DNA of 32,000 nucleotides from Xylella taiwanensis (GCF_013177435.1 NZ_CP053627.1:2792878-2824877), one strand, 5' to 3'; numbered from the stretch's first letter, positions 19,429-31,171 are shown. Made by a program: numbers and translations. Notes: generated by a model from the sequence alone, not told the origin.

Positions 19429-19452
19429 GGCTCAGCCGTTGATGGCTGAGCC
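19429..19452. terminator. Hairpin between convergent pilB and pilR
   Basis: GGCTCAGCC-gttgat-GGCTGAGCC is a perfect 9-bp stem, 7 nt after the pilB stop. It could act in both directions. Confidence 0.55.
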
Positions 19453-19513
19453 AATGCACCAATCATCCGCGATGCATGAGGAAGAGAGGTGAGCTGTTGC
19501 CTGTCTCTTCTCG

Positions 19514-20926
19514 TCACTCCATCCCCAGCTTCTTTAGTTTGTAACGCAACGCACGGAAGGTGATGCCGAGTTGAGCGGCTGTCTTTGTCTTATTCCAGCG
19601 ATTCTCTTCCAGAGCTTTCTGAATGGCAGCACGTTCTAACTGCTCCATGTACGACGGCAGGGCAGCGGGTGTGTTCTCATCCTCCGCCGGTACTGATGGG
19701 TCTACAGACACAATTGGGGAAGCTGTGTGCACTACTGGAAGCGGCGATCCCTGTCCATGGAGACCGCCTTGGGGCAGGTGCAGATCCGCAGCACCGATAT
19801 CATCGTCTTCGGTCAGCGCCAGAGCACGCTCCAGAATGTTCTCCAATTCACGCACGTTACCCGGGAACGGATAATGATCTAAGACCTCTAAGGCGGAGGG
19901 TGAGAGCAACGGGATCGACCGCCCATTGGTGTGCGCCAAGCGAGCCACAATGGCTGCGGCCAGATGTGGCAAATCACCAGTGCGCTCCCGCAGCGGCGGG
20001 ACACGTATTTCGATCACATTGATGCGGTAGTACAAGTCGTGGCGGAAGCGGCCATCGGCAATCAGGTCACTGAGATCTTTGTGGGTCGCCGACAAAATAC
20101 GCACATCTACTGGCACTTCGGCGGCTGCCCCGATGGGGCGTATCGATTTCTCCTGAATCGCACGCAGTAGTTTGACCTGCATGTGCAACGGTAATTCGGC
20201 AATTTCGTCCAGGAATAAAGTACCTCCGCCAGCACTTTGAAATAAACCGGGTTTATCAGTATGAGCACCGGTGAAACTCCCTTTCTTGTGGCCGAAAAAT
20301 TCGCTTTCCATGAGATCCGCAGGGATCGCACCACAATTGACCGGGACGAACGGTCCAGCCGCACGCACGCTCTGTTCGTGGATGGTGCGTGCAACCAGTT
20401 CTTTGCCAACTCCGGATTCACCAAGGATATAAACCGGGGCTTGGCTACGCGCCACTTTAGCGATGGTGGCCCGAAGCTGGGCCATGGGTGCGGATTCGCC
20501 AAGGAGACGTCGGTCAGGACCTTGTGGCTGAGTTGACACGACAGTGCGGTCGCGATTGTTCAGTTCCAAGGCATGGCGGACGATGCCACGCAGCACGTTT
20601 AAATCGACTGGTTTGCTGACGAAGTCAAAAGCACCTGCTTTGAGCGCTTCTACAGCCAGTTCCATATTGCCGAAAGCAGTAATCATCGCCACCGGGGTAC
20701 GCGGGTAGTGGCGCACGATCTTGTTCACCAAGTCGATGCCACTACCGTCAGGTAAACGCATATCAGTGATGCAAAGGTTGAACGAATCAGATTCAAGTAA
20801 TGCGTGCGCTTCTGCCAGATTAGCAGCCGTGCTGATGCGAAGCCCCATACGACCTAGCGTAAGGATTAAAAGTTCACGGATGTCACGCTCGTCATCGACG
20901 ATGAGAGCACTGCGGGATTCGTTCAT
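19514..20926 (-). CDS. pilR: Sigma54-dependent response regulator of pilin expression
   Basis: Receiver (ALIVDDERDIRELL...CITDMRLPDGSG), AAA+ core (GESGVGKE, the GAFTGA-type loop KGSFTGA, ELPLHMQVKLLR) and a C-terminal Fis-type HTH (TKTAAQLGITFRALRYKLKKLG). The start is set at ATG 20924-20926 (MNESRSALIV). Confidence 0.92.
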   Translation of the reverse strand: MNESRSALIVDDERDIRELLILTLGRMGLRISTAANLAEAHALLESDSFNLCITDMRLPDGSGIDLVNKIVRHYPRTPVAMITAFGNMELAVEALKAGAFDFVSKPVDLNVLRGIVRHALELNNRDRTVVSTQPQGPDRRLLGESAPMAQLRATIAKVARSQAPVYILGESGVGKELVARTIHEQSVRAAGPFVPVNCGAIPADLMESEFFGHKKGSFTGAHTDKPGLFQSAGGGTLFLDEIAELPLHMQVKLLRAIQEKSIRPIGAAAEVPVDVRILSATHKDLSDLIADGRFRHDLYYRINVIEIRVPPLRERTGDLPHLAAAIVARLAHTNGRSIPLLSPSALEVLDHYPFPGNVRELENILERALALTEDDDIGAADLHLPQGGLHGQGSPLPVVHTASPIVSVDPSVPAEDENTPAALPSYMEQLERAAIQKALEENRWNKTKTAAQLGITFRALRYKLKKLGME

Positions 20927-21094
20927 GAAGGCCAAGATAACGCAGCGTACTAAAGATCGACAATTCCCGTCGTTTTTCGCCGCATAGCGCACATGGGAGA
21001 TGTTGATCGCACATTAAGGTTGCAATATGAAATGGTGGTGCTAACACACCACAGTAAGCACGTCCTCCGCAAAATCCACAGGGATACTGGAAAC

Positions 21095-22738
21095 TCACTC
21101 TGGCATCAGTGCATAAGGACCCGGCAAGGTGATCCGAAAGCAGGCACCACCGCTCGGAATGGCCACGTACTCAAGATTAGATTGATTCGCGTTGCACAGT
21201 TCACGAGCAATGTATAGACCAAGACCCGTGCCGTGTTCGGAAGTAGTGAAAAAAGGCTGAAAAAGCTGTGAAACAACTGTATCAGGAATGCCGGGACCTT
21301 GATCGACAACATCAATCATGACACTGCGTCCGGCATCTACCAACTGAATACGTACCTGTGCCGGGATATCTGGCAGGCGTCCATAACGTAACGCGTTGTG
21401 GGTAAGGACGGCGAGGATCTGGTACAGGTGGCGTGGATCCACAAGTGCCTGCATGGTAGTACGCAGGGTTTGTATCTCCAGGTTGTCATATTCGGCTGAC
21501 AATGTCTGGCGGTATTCATCGACAAAGCGGGTCACGAACCCGACTAAATCCAAATTTTCTGGGTTAGCGCGTTCGCGTCGTGCCAGGCCAAGCACGCTCT
21601 CGACGATCCCATTGGTACGCTGGCACTGCCGTAGGATGATCTGCAACAGACGCTGATCGGCTTCGTCAAGATTGGAAGATTCTTCCAGGAGCTGCGATGC
21701 ATGTTTGATTGCGGCCAGAGGATTGCGAATCTCATGCGCCAAACTGGCTGAAAATCGTCCAAGCGCCAACAAGGTCAATGACTCAGCACGGCGTGAAACT
21801 ACGCTGGCATCATCAAGGAAGATTAATGTCAATCCGTTGTCGGCAAGCAGGCTCACAAAGCGAGGCTGTACTTCGGGTTGATCCGGCGCTAATCGCAACG
21901 GGGTATCTTCGTAGTGTCGGCCGATGCGCCAAGACTGGAGCCGCCTTGCCAATTCCGGGGCAACCGTAGTTAGTTCGTAACCACTCTCGGCCAATTGTCT
22001 GTCGTATCCCAGCAACGCAGCAGCGGTTTCGTTACTCAGGCTGATTCGATTGGTGGTATCCACCACCAACACCCCGTTACGCATACGTCGAATAATCAGC
22101 TCGTTGATCTCTGACAAGTTGACTATCTGAGCACGACGCTTTTCAGCCAGAGTCTGACTGGATCTGGCCCGCTGCGCGGCTTGATGACAGATGTACGCAA
22201 CTGCAGTATAGCTAGTGACAAACATGGCCAGTTCGGCCAGTGGACGTGAGGATCCACCTTCGCTCAGTGCAGTCCAGATGTATTCCACAAGCGTCGCAAC
22301 CCCAGCAATCACAGCCAGGATCATGCTCAGGCGCAACCGCAATAAGATGGCGGCAGCAGCGACATTGAACAACAACATCATCGCAATGCCAGCACTCGCT
22401 TTAGGCATGGCGTGGATAGTCAGGGTAGCGGCCAAGATATCGGCAACAGCACTTCCGAAGACTATCGGGGTCAACCAGCGCTCACTGCGACCCCAGACCA
22501 ACAAGATAGTAGCCAACAGCAAGTAGCCGATTGCGACAGCCACTCCCAAATGTGGATCACTCTCCGGACTTACCAACGTCGATACCGGACTGAATACCAA
22601 GGCGGCGATCAATCCGGCCTCCAACACCCGATACAACGCGAAGAAATACAGTTCACGTTGCGGAGCAAATTCAATCCGATGAATCAGCGAAGCGCTGAAC
22701 AACACGTGGGGTAGCTCTATAGGGAGAAAAGGGATCAC
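21095..22738 (-). CDS. pilS: Sensor histidine kinase PilS
   Basis: Multi-TM N-terminal half, H-box SASLAHEIRNPLAAI, N-box LTHNALRY, G1 DQGPGI and G2 GTGLGLYIAREL. It lies directly upstream of pilR on the same strand. Confidence 0.9.
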   Translation of the reverse strand: MIPFLPIELPHVLFSASLIHRIEFAPQRELYFFALYRVLEAGLIAALVFSPVSTLVSPESDPHLGVAVAIGYLLLATILLVWGRSERWLTPIVFGSAVADILAATLTIHAMPKASAGIAMMLLFNVAAAAILLRLRLSMILAVIAGVATLVEYIWTALSEGGSSRPLAELAMFVTSYTAVAYICHQAAQRARSSQTLAEKRRAQIVNLSEINELIIRRMRNGVLVVDTTNRISLSNETAAALLGYDRQLAESGYELTTVAPELARRLQSWRIGRHYEDTPLRLAPDQPEVQPRFVSLLADNGLTLIFLDDASVVSRRAESLTLLALGRFSASLAHEIRNPLAAIKHASQLLEESSNLDEADQRLLQIILRQCQRTNGIVESVLGLARRERANPENLDLVGFVTRFVDEYRQTLSAEYDNLEIQTLRTTMQALVDPRHLYQILAVLTHNALRYGRLPDIPAQVRIQLVDAGRSVMIDVVDQGPGIPDTVVSQLFQPFFTTSEHGTGLGLYIARELCNANQSNLEYVAIPSGGACFRITLPGPYALMPE

Positions 22739-22960
22739 CGAGTATAGGCAGGACCGTCAGCAATGTGCCGAATTAATACCGACTAACGTGCCAACATTGC
22801 GAGGAATACCATCGGGACCAATGCAATAACCACATAATTAATTTTGCGCTGCCTACTATAGTGGGCGACAATGGGCAGCCCGCTTGCGCCCACTACGGTG
22901 TCTGCCATCGGTAGATATCCTACCTTGCATAGCGATCGCTTCCATTTTCCACGGTGACGC

Positions 22961-24124
22961 ATGAATTTCCACGAATACCAGGCGAAACAACTGTTTGCCG
23001 AATACGGCATCCCTGTTCCGGCCGGACGCATCGCGTCTTCGGTCGATGAAGCGGTTAAGGCCGCCAAATCTTTAGGCGACGGCCCATGGATGGTCAAGGC
23101 TCAGATTCATACGGGCGGCCGTGCTAAGTCCGGCGGCGTGAAATTTTGCAAGACAACCGACGAGGTGAAACAGGCCGCCGCAGCAATGCTCGGTACCAAG
23201 ATGGCGACTTACCAGTCAGCAGGTGTTGCTCTTCCGGTGAATCTGGTCTTGGTGACCGAAGCTGGTGAAATCGCTAAAGAACTCTATCTGTCGGTGTTAG
23301 TAGATCGTGGTACACGTTCGATCACCTACATCGCATCATCCGAGGGCGGTGTGGATATTGAGCAGGTCGCCGCTGAAACTCCTGAAAAAATTCAAACGCT
23401 CAATGTCGACTTCGTGGAAGGCCTGCAGCCATACCAAGGGCGCGAAATTGGCTTCAACCTTGGCCTGGAGGCCAAACAAGTCAATCAGCTATCCAAAATC
23501 ATGGTTGGCCTATATCAATTGTTCAACGACAGAGATTTGTCTTTGATCGAATTGAATCCATTAGCAATCCTGGGCAATGGCAACTTGTACGCACTGGATG
23601 GCAAAATCAACTCCGACGACAACGCGACGTTCCGCCATAAAGAATTGGCCGCGATGCGCGACAAAACCCAGGAGGACGAAACCGAGGTTCTGGCTTCGGA
23701 GAGCGATCTGAACTACGTCACTATGGATGGCAACATCGGCTGCATGGTCAACGGTGCCGGACTGGCCATGGCCACCATGGATGTGATCAAGCTCAATGGC
23801 GGCGAACCGGCAAATTTCCTTGATGTAGGCGGCGGCGCTACCAAAGAGCGTGTGACCACCGCATTCAAACTGATCCTTTCCTCAAACAAGGTCAAAGCCA
23901 TCTTTGTGAATATATTCGGTGGCATTGTCCGCTGCGACATGATTGCCGAAGGCATCATCGCTGCAATCAAAGAAGTGGGTGTCAAGGTGCCTGTTATCGT
24001 ACGCTTAGAAGGCACTAATGTGGACGCTGGCAAACAACTGCTGGCCACATCCGGCCTAGCCATTATCCCAGCCGACGACATCAACGACGGCGCGAGGAAG
24101 GCCGTCGCCGCTGTTACCATCTGA
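22961..24124 (+). CDS. sucC: Succinyl-CoA synthetase beta subunit
   Basis: [22 protein letters not shown]... is a full-length SucC match (ATP-grasp N-terminal domain; [14 protein letters not shown]). Confidence 0.95.
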   Translation: MNFHEYQAKQLFAEYGIPVPAGRIASSVDEAVKAAKSLGDGPWMVKAQIHTGGRAKSGGVKFCKTTDEVKQAAAAMLGTKMATYQSAGVALPVNLVLVTEAGEIAKELYLSVLVDRGTRSITYIASSEGGVDIEQVAAETPEKIQTLNVDFVEGLQPYQGREIGFNLGLEAKQVNQLSKIMVGLYQLFNDRDLSLIELNPLAILGNGNLYALDGKINSDDNATFRHKELAAMRDKTQEDETEVLASESDLNYVTMDGNIGCMVNGAGLAMATMDVIKLNGGEPANFLDVGGGATKERVTTAFKLILSSNKVKAIFVNIFGGIVRCDMIAEGIIAAIKEVGVKVPVIVRLEGTNVDAGKQLLATSGLAIIPADDINDGARKAVAAVTI

Positions 24125-24152
24125 ACCCACCGAGAACCTTTAGGAATTCAAC

Positions 24153-25025
24153 ATGTCTGTACTAGTTAATAAAAATACGAAGGTGATCGTGCAGGGCTTT
24201 ACCGGTCAACAAGGGACCTTCCATGCCACTCAGATGGTGGAATACGGCACTCAAGTCGTCGGTGGTGTCACCCCTGGCAAGGGAGGCAATACCCATATCG
24301 GTCTGCCGGTATTCAACACTGTGCGTGAAGCCGTCGAGAACACAGGTGCTGACGCCTCGGTTATCTACGTACCACCACCGTTTGCAGCCGATGCGATTTT
24401 GGAAGCAGCTTCGGCAGGCATCAAAGTCATCGTGGCTATTACAGAAGGTATTCCGGTACTGGACATGCTGCGAGTTAAAAATGTACTTAAAGCGTATCCT
24501 GAAACCACATTGATCGGACCAAACTGCCCAGGTGTTATTACCCCAGGCGAATGTAAGATCGGGATCATGCCGGGCCATATCCACAAGCCAGGTCATATAG
24601 GTATTGTGTCGCGCTCTGGTACGTTGACTTACGAAGCTGTGAAACAAACTACTGACGTCGGCCTAGGTCAGTCAACCTGCATTGGTATCGGTGGCGATCC
24701 AATCAACGGTCTGAACTTCATTGATGCGCTAAAGCTGTTCAACAACGATCCACAGACCAGGGGTATCATCATGGTGGGGGAGATCGGCGGGGATGCCGAA
24801 GAAGCCGGCGCTGAGTACATCCAACAACATGTGAGCAAGCCAGTAGTTGGGTTTATCGCTGGTGCATCCGCACCGAAAGGCAAACGCATGGGCCATGCCG
24901 GTGCCATCGCTTCGGGGGGATCAGGGACAGCGGAAGGCAAGTTTACTGCGATGGAAAAAGCCGGCGTTAAGACTGTACGTTCACCAGGGGATTTGGGCGC
25001 GGCGATTGCTTTGTTGGTAAAGTAA
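24153..25025 (+). CDS. sucD: Succinyl-CoA synthetase alpha subunit
   Basis: [24 protein letters not shown]..., CoA-binding fold, and the active-site His context [17 protein letters not shown] upstream. Confidence 0.95.
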   Translation: MSVLVNKNTKVIVQGFTGQQGTFHATQMVEYGTQVVGGVTPGKGGNTHIGLPVFNTVREAVENTGADASVIYVPPPFAADAILEAASAGIKVIVAITEGIPVLDMLRVKNVLKAYPETTLIGPNCPGVITPGECKIGIMPGHIHKPGHIGIVSRSGTLTYEAVKQTTDVGLGQSTCIGIGGDPINGLNFIDALKLFNNDPQTRGIIMVGEIGGDAEEAGAEYIQQHVSKPVVGFIAGASAPKGKRMGHAGAIASGGSGTAEGKFTAMEKAGVKTVRSPGDLGAAIALLVK

Positions 25026-25284
25026 ACCACTCTGGAAAATTGCTTTCTCAAAGTTTTTCAAAAACATCCCAGTAGGTACAGCTTAAAACGGTTTAAGGTA
25101 AACGACGAGATCTCCGGAAACTCGGAGACCTAGTTGCTCTTGTCATATGCTGGCATTTAAGCATCTTCGATTTCCATCCCATCATCCAGGCACTACTTAT
25201 CAGTGTAAAGTACACACGGAATAATTACCGCACTTATACTCACCTATGCATTTATTATTAATAATGATCTCGATAGAATCCGAT

Positions 25285-26637
25285 TCACTTGCCAATACAG
25301 AAACTGGAAAAAATCCGCCCAAGTAGTTCATCAGGACTCATGCGCCCATTGATTTCACCCAGTGCGTGATAAGCCAAACGAAGTTCTTCTGCGGTCAATT
25401 CTAAATGTTCGTATGCGAACTGTGCATTGGCATCCACTACATGCGCAGCCGCACGTTGCAAAGCCTGCACATGGCGCAACCGTGCCGAAAATTCACCTTC
25501 GACCACTTCGGTCGCCTCGCCAAGCGCCAACGCACGCAGGCGTGCCTGCAATGTTTCCAGGCCAGCACCCGTCATTGCAGACACTGCGATCACATCTGAC
25601 CCTAATGCAGGCGGCTCCGCAAGCAAGTCAAGTTTGTTATGGATCCAAAGTACACGCGGCACTGAAGTAAGAGCATCTATCACCGTAGCACGGCCAATCT
25701 GCGGATTGCAGGCATCCAACACCACCAGTGCCAAGTCAGCACGCTGCAATTCGCTGAGGGTACGACGCATACCTTCGCGCTCAATTGCATCGCCCCCGTC
25801 ACGTAACCCAGCAGTGTCAACCAAAACAAACTCCAAGCCATCGAAATGCACACTCTCACGCAATGTGTCACGAGTCGTACCGGCAACATCGGTTACGATC
25901 GCACGCTCACTACCAATCAAAGCATTGAGTAGTGAACTTTTACCAACATTCGGAGGACCAACCAAAACGGTATATAGTCCATCGCAAAGACGCCTCCCAT
26001 GCTCAGCCTCTCGAAGTAACTGTGTCAGTTCAACACACAAGGTCTGTAATGCAGTACGTATCTGGACACCATCAAATGTATCCAGCGATTCATCGGCAAA
26101 GTCGATTGCTGCTTCAACGTGAATACGCAGCCTGACTAACTGTTCGGCTAATGCCTCGCAGCGCCGCGAAAAGACTCCATCCAGCGATCTGCGAGCAGCA
26201 CGAGCAGCACGCAAGTCACCAGCACCGATCAGATCGGCGATTGCCTCGGCTTGTATCAGATCAAATTTACCGTTGAGAAAGGCACGTTCACTAAATTCGC
26301 CGGGGCGGGCTTGCCGCGCTCCTAGCCTCACACATCGCATCAATAGCTGGCGTAGCAACAGCGGGCTGCCGTGCCCTTGCAACTCCAATACATCTTCGCC
26401 AGTGAAGCTATGTGGGGCAGGAAACCATAGCGCCAACCCATCATCAATGGCTTCATCATCGATATCGAGAAAACGTGTGTAATGTGCATGTCGTGGCCGT
26501 AACGTGGCAATACCTAGACCACTTGCAATATTTTTTATCAATGGACCAGAAACGCGCACTATCCCTATTCCAGCACTACCGGACGCGGTGGCAATCGCAG
26601 CGATGGTGTCGTTCAAATAGGCTGGGCACTGGCTCAT
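25285..26637 (-). CDS. mnmE: tRNA modification GTPase
   Basis: [23 protein letters not shown]-terminus, G1 [15 protein letters not shown]3 DTAGLR, and the canonical C-terminal FCIGK. Confidence 0.95.
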   Translation of the reverse strand: MSQCPAYLNDTIAAIATASGSAGIGIVRVSGPLIKNIASGLGIATLRPRHAHYTRFLDIDDEAIDDGLALWFPAPHSFTGEDVLELQGHGSPLLLRQLLMRCVRLGARQARPGEFSERAFLNGKFDLIQAEAIADLIGAGDLRAARAARRSLDGVFSRRCEALAEQLVRLRIHVEAAIDFADESLDTFDGVQIRTALQTLCVELTQLLREAEHGRRLCDGLYTVLVGPPNVGKSSLLNALIGSERAIVTDVAGTTRDTLRESVHFDGLEFVLVDTAGLRDGGDAIEREGMRRTLSELQRADLALVVLDACNPQIGRATVIDALTSVPRVLWIHNKLDLLAEPPALGSDVIAVSAMTGAGLETLQARLRALALGEATEVVEGEFSARLRHVQALQRAAAHVVDANAQFAYEHLELTAEELRLAYHALGEINGRMSPDELLGRIFSSFCIGK

Positions 26638-29348
26638 AATTTCGTCAGCTTCATACGCACCTGTTTCGCACCAGAACCTTGTGGTTGAAGATCCAAGTAA
26701 ATCGTATAAGCTTTTCGCGCTTTATCTTTATTGTTTAATCGCAAATAGACATCACCAAGATTTAGCTGTGCGACCGCACGTGAGGGATCTATTTTGAGCG
26801 TGTTCTCCAACCACCGTACAGCTTGTGCGTATTGTCCCTGACGAAAATACACAAAACCAAGATTATTAGCCGCCAGTGCAAAGTTTGGACGCAACTCCAG
26901 CGCCTCGGAAAATTTATCAGCAGCTTCCATATAACGCTTCTCTTTGTATAACTGCAACCCCAGATCATTTGCACGCTGAGCTAGCTGCCTTTTACTAAGC
27001 TTCCCAGTAGGAAGCAATGACAAAGTGGCCTCGCTAGCTTGTAGATTTTTGACTGTGGCTGATCTAAGCACAGTCGCATTTTGACGTACCTGTTTAGCAC
27101 CGAGTGTAGAGTTTGTGGACCCAACACGACGGTTCAAAGTAATCTTATCGACTAGTAACTGTGCTGTCTGACTCGTCAGAACTCCCTCACGCCTGGGTAT
27201 CTCGAACACAAATTCCCCCCCCTGTGAACCAGCCAAGTTACCGAATGTTGGGGTTTGTGCTGATACTGCCGACACCGCTGGCACCACGTATGCCGCCAAT
27301 TCAGTACCAGTGATCAATCCGTCATCATTAAAGTCAGCACGGCCAGACAACGCTTGCAATAACACCCAAGTGAAGACAGAATGGCCGTTGGGGCCTCTAT
27401 CAGTGACTGGCTGGTCAGCCGCACCAGCAGTGAGCATTTGACGACTCATTCGGTTATTACTCGTACGCCAGCGAGCACCAGTCTCTGTTTCCCCATGCGT
27501 GAAATCCAAACCGCTATAGCAAGCATCTATGACGAAGAGTACATTTTTAGCCTCAAAGTTCTTAGCGATGTTCTGTATTTCGGTCATTGAGATTGCATCA
27601 TCTGCAAAATTCGCTGGATTCGAATCAGCAGGAATGATATAATTCAAGTTTGGCCCGAAGGAGGGCCGACGTGTAGCGCCATGACCAGCAAAGAAGACAA
27701 ACAGACGATCATTTTTTTGTATACGACCATTAGCCAACTGACCGTTAAACGCAGCCAGAATTTTATCGCGAGTGGCCTCACGGTTCTTCAGTAAAATTAC
27801 TTGTGAAGATGGAAAGCCAAGCGATTCAATCAGCGTGTTGGCAATCGCATCAGCGTCGTTAGCTGCGTATTTCAATTTTGGCCACTTGATATAGTCATCG
27901 ACACCAATCACTGTTGCCCAAGAATGTATGGCGGTAGTTCCTCTCCCTGTATCATCGGTGTCGACCTTTATAGCTTGACTATGATTAACACTAAAGCCAT
28001 GGCCATCCCAACCAGCAAATTGGTAGCCATCAGCGATAAGTTGATCCAGGATCTGTGGTAGTGCTTTAACTGCACGGTCATGAATATCGTGAAACAAAAT
28101 GATGCCACGTTGTTTTTTAGCCACCTGCGCGAGTACACGCCGCACGACTGAATTTGGAACTGGATCGGCCCAGTCAAGCGAATCGATATTCCATCCCACT
28201 GATTTAAGGCCGATTTCAGCTAGCAACCGCAGCCCCTCAGCATTACGCGCACCATACGGGAAGCGGAATAGTGGTGCGCGCCTTTCATCCACTGCACGCA
28301 ACATTGTATCGGCATCCATCACCTCTCTACGAAGCGCTGTGCCACTAAGCTTAGACAACAGGTCATGGGTCATACTATGGTTACCAACGGCATAGCCTTG
28401 TTCCATTAGCTCGTGGCTAATTTTAGATAAGGGGCCTAGTCGCGGTTTTCCAGCCCTATCCAATCTGCCAAGATTGCGTCCAACCTCAAAGAACACCGCT
28501 GGTACAGCGTAGCGTTGTAAGATTGCCTTGATTTCATTGGTATAGACTCGGTGTGGGCCATCATCGAAAGTAAGTACTAGCGTTTTAAACGGTAATTCAT
28601 TACCAAACACTTCAAGTTCGCTTCCTTCGATTGATATCGGATCAGCTTCGATGACTGCATAATCACGCAAAATCATTTTACGTGTGTAAGAACGACGCAA
28701 ATACGCCATGTAGTCATCCCACTTTTCACGCTTAAGAACAATTCCTCGATTGTGATCAAAAGAATTAGATATCCGAGTAATTTCCTGGTTGTAGGTATGT
28801 TCAATCTGAGTTAGTGCATCCAGATCTTCATGAATACGTTGACGCAATTTTATTGCCGGAAGCGCCGAATCATGGCTAATACGAGCGTCAAGATCGTTTA
28901 GCGTTTCACGAAACGCTAAACGATCAGCATCATAGAGCTCAGGTGCGGATTCAATATAATCGAGCATTATTGTCAAAGTATCAAAACGGTTAACCGCACC
29001 AGAAGTAAGCAATGTATCAATTCGTTTAGAAAACGCGGCGCGTTGATTCAATCCTTCATTAAATAACATCTGCCCAACTTGAGTCGAAGTAACACGCTCC
29101 CGAGACGTATGTACATCATCATCCGTGAGAAGCACCATAATGCGGCGGTAATTCTCCAACTGTTGATGCAACGAGGCAAGAAGCGGCTTGAGATGCTGTG
29201 TATCAGGAGGATGTTTAACGTTAACTGAAATGGCAGCTATAGGTACTGCAGACTCGATAGGTGTCGATTGACGCTTACAAGCCACTAGCGTCAGAAATAT
29301 ACACAATTGCAGAAAGAAAGAACTGAACAGTGTAGTTTGATTACCCAT
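26634..29348 (-). CDS. 904-aa predicted lipoprotein: unknown helical region + CE4/NodB polysaccharide deacetylase + caspase-like (C14) protease with EF-hand loop + TPR repeats
   Basis: Lipobox LVAC (Cys24). NodB motifs TFDDGP (aa 260-265), GNHSMTH (322-328), FRFPYG (361-366), IDSLDWAD (388-395) and IILFHDIH (416-423). Caspase dyad FFAGHGA (His556) and VIDACYSG (Cys610). EF-hand loop [12 protein letters not shown] (672-683). TPR-like repeats at about aa 788-890. The stop overlaps the mnmE ATG (ATGA at 26634-26637). Confidence 0.85.
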   Translation of the reverse strand: MGNQTTLFSSFFLQLCIFLTLVACKRQSTPIESAVPIAAISVNVKHPPDTQHLKPLLASLHQQLENYRRIMVLLTDDDVHTSRERVTSTQVGQMLFNEGLNQRAAFSKRIDTLLTSGAVNRFDTLTIMLDYIESAPELYDADRLAFRETLNDLDARISHDSALPAIKLRQRIHEDLDALTQIEHTYNQEITRISNSFDHNRGIVLKREKWDDYMAYLRRSYTRKMILRDYAVIEADPISIEGSELEVFGNELPFKTLVLTFDDGPHRVYTNEIKAILQRYAVPAVFFEVGRNLGRLDRAGKPRLGPLSKISHELMEQGYAVGNHSMTHDLLSKLSGTALRREVMDADTMLRAVDERRAPLFRFPYGARNAEGLRLLAEIGLKSVGWNIDSLDWADPVPNSVVRRVLAQVAKKQRGIILFHDIHDRAVKALPQILDQLIADGYQFAGWDGHGFSVNHSQAIKVDTDDTGRGTTAIHSWATVIGVDDYIKWPKLKYAANDADAIANTLIESLGFPSSQVILLKNREATRDKILAAFNGQLANGRIQKNDRLFVFFAGHGATRRPSFGPNLNYIIPADSNPANFADDAISMTEIQNIAKNFEAKNVLFVIDACYSGLDFTHGETETGARWRTSNNRMSRQMLTAGAADQPVTDRGPNGHSVFTWVLLQALSGRADFNDDGLITGTELAAYVVPAVSAVSAQTPTFGNLAGSQGGEFVFEIPRREGVLTSQTAQLLVDKITLNRRVGSTNSTLGAKQVRQNATVLRSATVKNLQASEATLSLLPTGKLSKRQLAQRANDLGLQLYKEKRYMEAADKFSEALELRPNFALAANNLGFVYFRQGQYAQAVRWLENTLKIDPSRAVAQLNLGDVYLRLNNKDKARKAYTIYLDLQPQGSGAKQVRMKLTKL

Positions 29349-29436
29349 GGGGGATCATATTTTATTAAGAAATAAGAAATTTAAGATATGAAAAATAAGA
29401 ACAATTAAGGAATAACCAGAGGAGTAAATATAATAC

Positions 29437-31128
29437 CTATTTAATGTTGGTCTTACCTCTTTTACGCGGAAAATCGGCATTTTGACGGATCATCCACCAC
29501 TGGATTAGCAAATTTAATCCGCCATTGATCACCCAATACAATGCTAAACCAGACGGTACAAAAGCCATCATCACACCAAAAATCAATGGCATCAGCTGCA
29601 TCATCCTTTCACTCATAGGATCCATACCAGCTGGAGTCGGAGTCAATTTCTGCGTCGTCCACATGATTGCTATGTTAAGAATCGGCAAGATAAAATAAGG
29701 ATCGCGCGTAGTCAGATCCTGGATCCAACCCAGCCAAGGCGCTTGACGCAACTCTACTGACTCAACCAATACCCAATACAACGCAAAAAAGATCGGCATC
29801 TGAATTACGATTGGTAAGCAGCCCCCCATAGGATTAATTTTTTCTTTCTTATACAGTTCCATCATCGCTTGCTGAAACTTTTGTCGATCCTCACCATAAC
29901 GTTCCTTAAGCTGCTGCAACCGCGGTTGAAACTTGCGCATCTTCGCTGCGGATTTATATTGGGCAGCACTTAACGGATACATGACAATACGAAGCAAAAC
30001 TACCAAACCTACAATCGCCCACCCCCAGTTATGCAAAAGACTGTTCAGGTGATTCAATATCCAAAACAAACCCTGACCAATCACTGCCATCAACTGAAAC
30101 CGACTGTAGTCAACAACGCGATCTAACCCCTTGACCTGTTCCTGAGCAATTTGGTCAACCAGCTTCGGACCCACCCACAATCGGGCTTCGGTGATTACAC
30201 TCTGCCCCGGCGCTACACTGAAAGCCGGCCCACGCAGCTCAGCTATGTCATGTGAACCATCCTGAGCTAATAAATACAATGATGCTTGATCTTTCTGTGG
30301 GATCCATGCAGTAAAAAAGTGATGTTGAAGCAGTGCGATCCAACCACCAACGATTTCTCGATTCAGGCCACCATCATCCATATAATCCTTAAATGCACGA
30401 CGTTCATAACCACCTTTCTCACTGTACCAAACAGCACCGTTAAAACTGAACGAATCTGGATTAGTCATCGAGCGATTTAAGATATTAGGTACCCGGCTCA
30501 ACTTGCGAAAGACATAAGCGCTCCAAGGTATCTCGCCACCATTATAAACCTCATCCTTAATTACGATCGCATAGCTGCCACGTTCAAAGCTAAAAGTTCG
30601 GCGGATACTGACTCCATTTGCAGCAGTCCAAATAAATGGCACCACTAAACGGTTCTGATTTTGAGCCAAGTTATATGAAACGCTTGGTTGCTCAGGACGA
30701 AAGGTGCTCAAACTAGGGACTGGAGAATTATTTTGGCTCATCCAACCACTAGTCGCACTGTAAGGATAGGATGGGTTATCGGTGAGCAATTTAACTGGCT
30801 GAGCAAGTCCATCTTTGCTTTGAGGAAAGCGTAACAAATCGGCAGAAAGTACACTAAATCCATCTAATTTTAGCTGTAGCACATCAGTTGTTACATTGAT
30901 CACAGGTACTCTTGGATCAGATGCAATTAATTGTGAGTTCTGTTGAAGCGGAACTGTAGATGCAGCTGCCTTAACTTGTGGCATTTCGTGTTCCACATTG
31001 CTGTGAACAGCAAAATTATGAGAAGCTGAAAATTCTAATGCCACGTTTTTATTTTTACCCCATTCCATACACAATAGTGTTGCTACTACTAGCCAGGAAA
31101 ATATCAGGAATACACGAGTCTGGTTCAT
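29437..31128 (-). CDS. yidC: Membrane protein insertase
   Basis: [27 protein letters not shown]1, a large periplasmic domain, and the conserved C-terminal core ([44 protein letters not shown]). The start is set at ATG 31126-31128 inside track ORF 29437..31221. Confidence 0.93.
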   Translation of the reverse strand: MNQTRVFLIFSWLVVATLLCMEWGKNKNVALEFSASHNFAVHSNVEHEMPQVKAAASTVPLQQNSQLIASDPRVPVINVTTDVLQLKLDGFSVLSADLLRFPQSKDGLAQPVKLLTDNPSYPYSATSGWMSQNNSPVPSLSTFRPEQPSVSYNLAQNQNRLVVPFIWTAANGVSIRRTFSFERGSYAIVIKDEVYNGGEIPWSAYVFRKLSRVPNILNRSMTNPDSFSFNGAVWYSEKGGYERRAFKDYMDDGGLNREIVGGWIALLQHHFFTAWIPQKDQASLYLLAQDGSHDIAELRGPAFSVAPGQSVITEARLWVGPKLVDQIAQEQVKGLDRVVDYSRFQLMAVIGQGLFWILNHLNSLLHNWGWAIVGLVVLLRIVMYPLSAAQYKSAAKMRKFQPRLQQLKERYGEDRQKFQQAMMELYKKEKINPMGGCLPIVIQMPIFFALYWVLVESVELRQAPWLGWIQDLTTRDPYFILPILNIAIMWTTQKLTPTPAGMDPMSERMMQLMPLIFGVMMAFVPSGLALYWVINGGLNLLIQWWMIRQNADFPRKRGKTNIK

Positions 31129-31171
31129 CAAGAAAAATTTCTCGGGCAGTCGGAACGGGGTTTTAATTTGT

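Noticed and set aside
22783-23097. 104-aa minus-strand ORF spanning the sucC start.
   Set aside because: It overlaps the unambiguous sucC N-terminus, has no motif, and sits in the divergent promoter region. Most likely spurious.
26634-29348. Calling the 904-aa gene a recent horizontal acquisition because it looks AT-rich (about 45-47% GC in the stretches I counted).
   Set aside because: The adjacent core gene yidC is just as AT-rich (about 43% in a sampled stretch), so composition does not discriminate. Only synteny comparison can address the gene's origin.
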